Positions 34,103 to 35,600 of a stretch of 35,600 nt of DNA are shown here, piece after piece. Below the pieces are notes generated by a model. It saw only the letters and a list, made by a program, of their open reading frames with translations, ran no database searches and was not told the origin of the DNA. Origin of the DNA: a virus (taxonomy: Duplodnaviria > Caudoviricetes). Each line of letters opens with the position of its first letter. The first letter of the stretch is position 1. The position numbers and the translations under genes were made by a program. The stretch lies in the IMG/VR virus record IMGVR_UViG_3300020120_000062, positions 1 to 35,600 of that record; one strand, written 5' to 3'.

Positions 34103-34839
34103 GCCGCATCGAAACCATCGGCGATGCCACGCTGTACCTGGGGGATTGCAGGGAGATTCTCCCCAGCTTGGGGAAGGTGGATGCCGTGGTGACGGACCCG
34201 CCGTACAGCGCGCAGGTTCACAATGGCGCGCGCACGCGCATTGGGAAAAACGGCGGCGCGGACAACATCGCGAGCATCAATTTTTCTGCCATTTCTTCCG
34301 GCGACTTTGTCGTCCTTTGCAATCGTCTCGTGAGCATATCGAGGCGATGGGTCGTCATGACCTGCGACTGGACCCATTTAGCGCAGGCTCAGGATCTTGG
34401 GTGCCCTCTCGTAAGAATGGGAATCTGGGTCAAGCCGAACAGCGCACCTCAATTTACCGGAGATCGCCCGGCGACTGGATGGGAAGCGATCGGAATCTTT
34501 CATAGAACGGATATCGTCAAGCGGTGGAATGGGGGCGGTGCGCGAGCAGTATGGAATTGCGTCGCCGTCCACGGCGAGCATCCGACGCAAAAGCCGATCG
34601 AACTCGTCTCGGAATGGGTCCATCTATTTTCCGACGAAGCTGAAACCATCCTCGACCCCTTCATGGGCTCCGGCACGACCGGCGTCGCCGCCATCAAGCT
34701 CGGCCGCAAGTTCATCGGCATCGAGATCGAGCCAAAATACTTCGACATCGCCTGCCGCCGGATCGAGGAAGCAACCCGCCAGCCCGACATGTTCATCGAG
34801 AAGCCCCCGCCACTCAAGCAGGGGGCGCTTGAACTATGA
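34099..34839 (+). CDS. DNA methyltransferase, beta class (N6-A/N4-C)
   Basis: VTDPPY, HPTQKP and ILDPFMGSGTTG motifs. Confidence 0.92.
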   Translation: MSRIETIGDATLYLGDCREILPSLGKVDAVVTDPPYSAQVHNGARTRIGKNGGADNIASINFSAISSGDFVVLCNRLVSISRRWVVMTCDWTHLAQAQDLGCPLVRMGIWVKPNSAPQFTGDRPATGWEAIGIFHRTDIVKRWNGGGARAVWNCVAVHGEHPTQKPIELVSEWVHLFSDEAETILDPFMGSGTTGVAAIKLGRKFIGIEIEPKYFDIACRRIEEATRQPDMFIEKPPPLKQGALEL

Positions 34840-35600
34840 GCGTCGAAGCCATGGCGTGGGCCTTCCGGCAGAAGCTCCCGCCCAAGCCTAAGATCGTGCT
34901 GCTCGCGCTCGCGGACCAAACCGACGAGACCACGGGCCGCGTCTGCTACGGCCGCACCGACATCGGCCACCTCGCCCAGAAATGTTCCGTGGGCGAGCGC
35001 AGCCTCTACCGCTACCTCGCGGCGCTGATCCGCAACGGCTACGCGATCCGCGAGAGCGGAAAGGACGAGGGCCACGAGAGCCAGTTCTGGCTCTGCCTCG
35101 ATCGTCCGCCCACCACCCTCGACGAATGGCAGTGGAAAATTATTCCCTCCGACGATGACGGTGAACCCGATGACGACACACAAGATGTAGAGGGGGGGTC
35201 TGCCAATCTGGCAGAGGGTCCGTCCGTGGAAAACCCGCCCGCCGCCGCTCAAATTGGCAGAGGGGGTCTGCCACAGGATGGCAGACCAAGAGTCTCTGGA
35301 ATCCATCAGAACATCAGACCTGACTCGTTGAGACAGCAGCAAGGGGCCTTCTCAAGGCAGGCCCAAGACCTAGAACGTGAGGCGATCGGCATCCGCAAGG
35401 CAGCCGAAGCCAAGAACACCCGCCAATTCGTGATCTACGGGACCCGAGCGTGGGATGCGTGGATCGCGCACCGCAGGCGAACCGGCCAGGTGCCGTCGAT
35501 GCCGACGTGCATGGGCACCGGCGATCATGCCGGCAAACGCGGCTGGTATCTCCCTTCGCTCTTCCCCCCCGGTCACGATCCCCCCGATGCTCCCCCCGAC
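34836..35600 (+). CDS. Replication initiator (HTH_36-type), 3'-partial
   Basis: MSVEAMAWAFRQKLPPKPKIVLLALAD...LAQKCSVGERSLYRYLAAL; ATGA overlap; absent from the ORF track because it runs off the window. Confidence 0.8.
   Translation, partial: MSVEAMAWAFRQKLPPKPKIVLLALADQTDETTGRVCYGRTDIGHLAQKCSVGERSLYRYLAALIRNGYAIRESGKDEGHESQFWLCLDRPPTTLDEWQWKIIPSDDDGEPDDDTQDVEGGSANLAEGPSVENPPAAAQIGRGGLPQDGRPRVSGIHQNIRPDSLRQQQGAFSRQAQDLEREAIGIRKAAEAKNTRQFVIYGTRAWDAWIAHRRRTGQVPSMPTCMGTGDHAGKRGWYLPSLFPPGHDPPDAPPD
35190..35287. repeat. Iterons / putative replication origin inside the initiator gene
   Basis: Five TCTGCCA/TGGCAGA half-sites (35199, 35209, 35255, 35267, 35279). Confidence 0.7.

Noticed and set aside
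1-35600. CRISPR array, diversity-generating retroelement, IS element
   Set aside because: No regularly spaced repeats, RT, TR/VR pair or transposase recognised by eye.

Overview
This window is about 35.6 kb of a GC-rich temperate tailed phage. The tail and ejection genes are podovirus-like, and the host is probably an alphaproteobacterium (Hyphomicrobiales-like; inferred). It is seen in its non-integrated form, because an intact attP (3' half of tRNA-Val(CAC)) sits mid-window next to int. Gene order: tail tubular/stabilisation protein, GNAT, ejection proteins and tail fibre (1-8.5 kb); a leftward PD-(D/E)XK nuclease cassette under an Arc-like RHH regulator (8.5-11.2 kb); an unusually rich lysis/envelope module with two muramidase-type enzymes, a class-3 lipase, holin-like and several membrane proteins (11.3-17 kb); a long leftward accessory operon with small ORFs, DUF4326, Gp37/Gp68, an MTase, attP, int and xis (17-29.2 kb); a cI/cro switch with 17-bp operators; and a rightward early region with MT-A70, HD hydrolase, HTH proteins, a second MTase and a replication initiator with iterons. 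Signals the annotation does not explain: (1) a four-copy bipartite motif GGGTGATCGCACTC-N24-CCTGAAnCA with invariant spacing; (2) a host-type parS palindrome on the predicted PL start site, together with an integrase that has Cys in place of the HxxR arginine; (3) a structured non-coding locus at 17.0-17.3 kb. Family assignments come from motif recognition by eye, not database searches.
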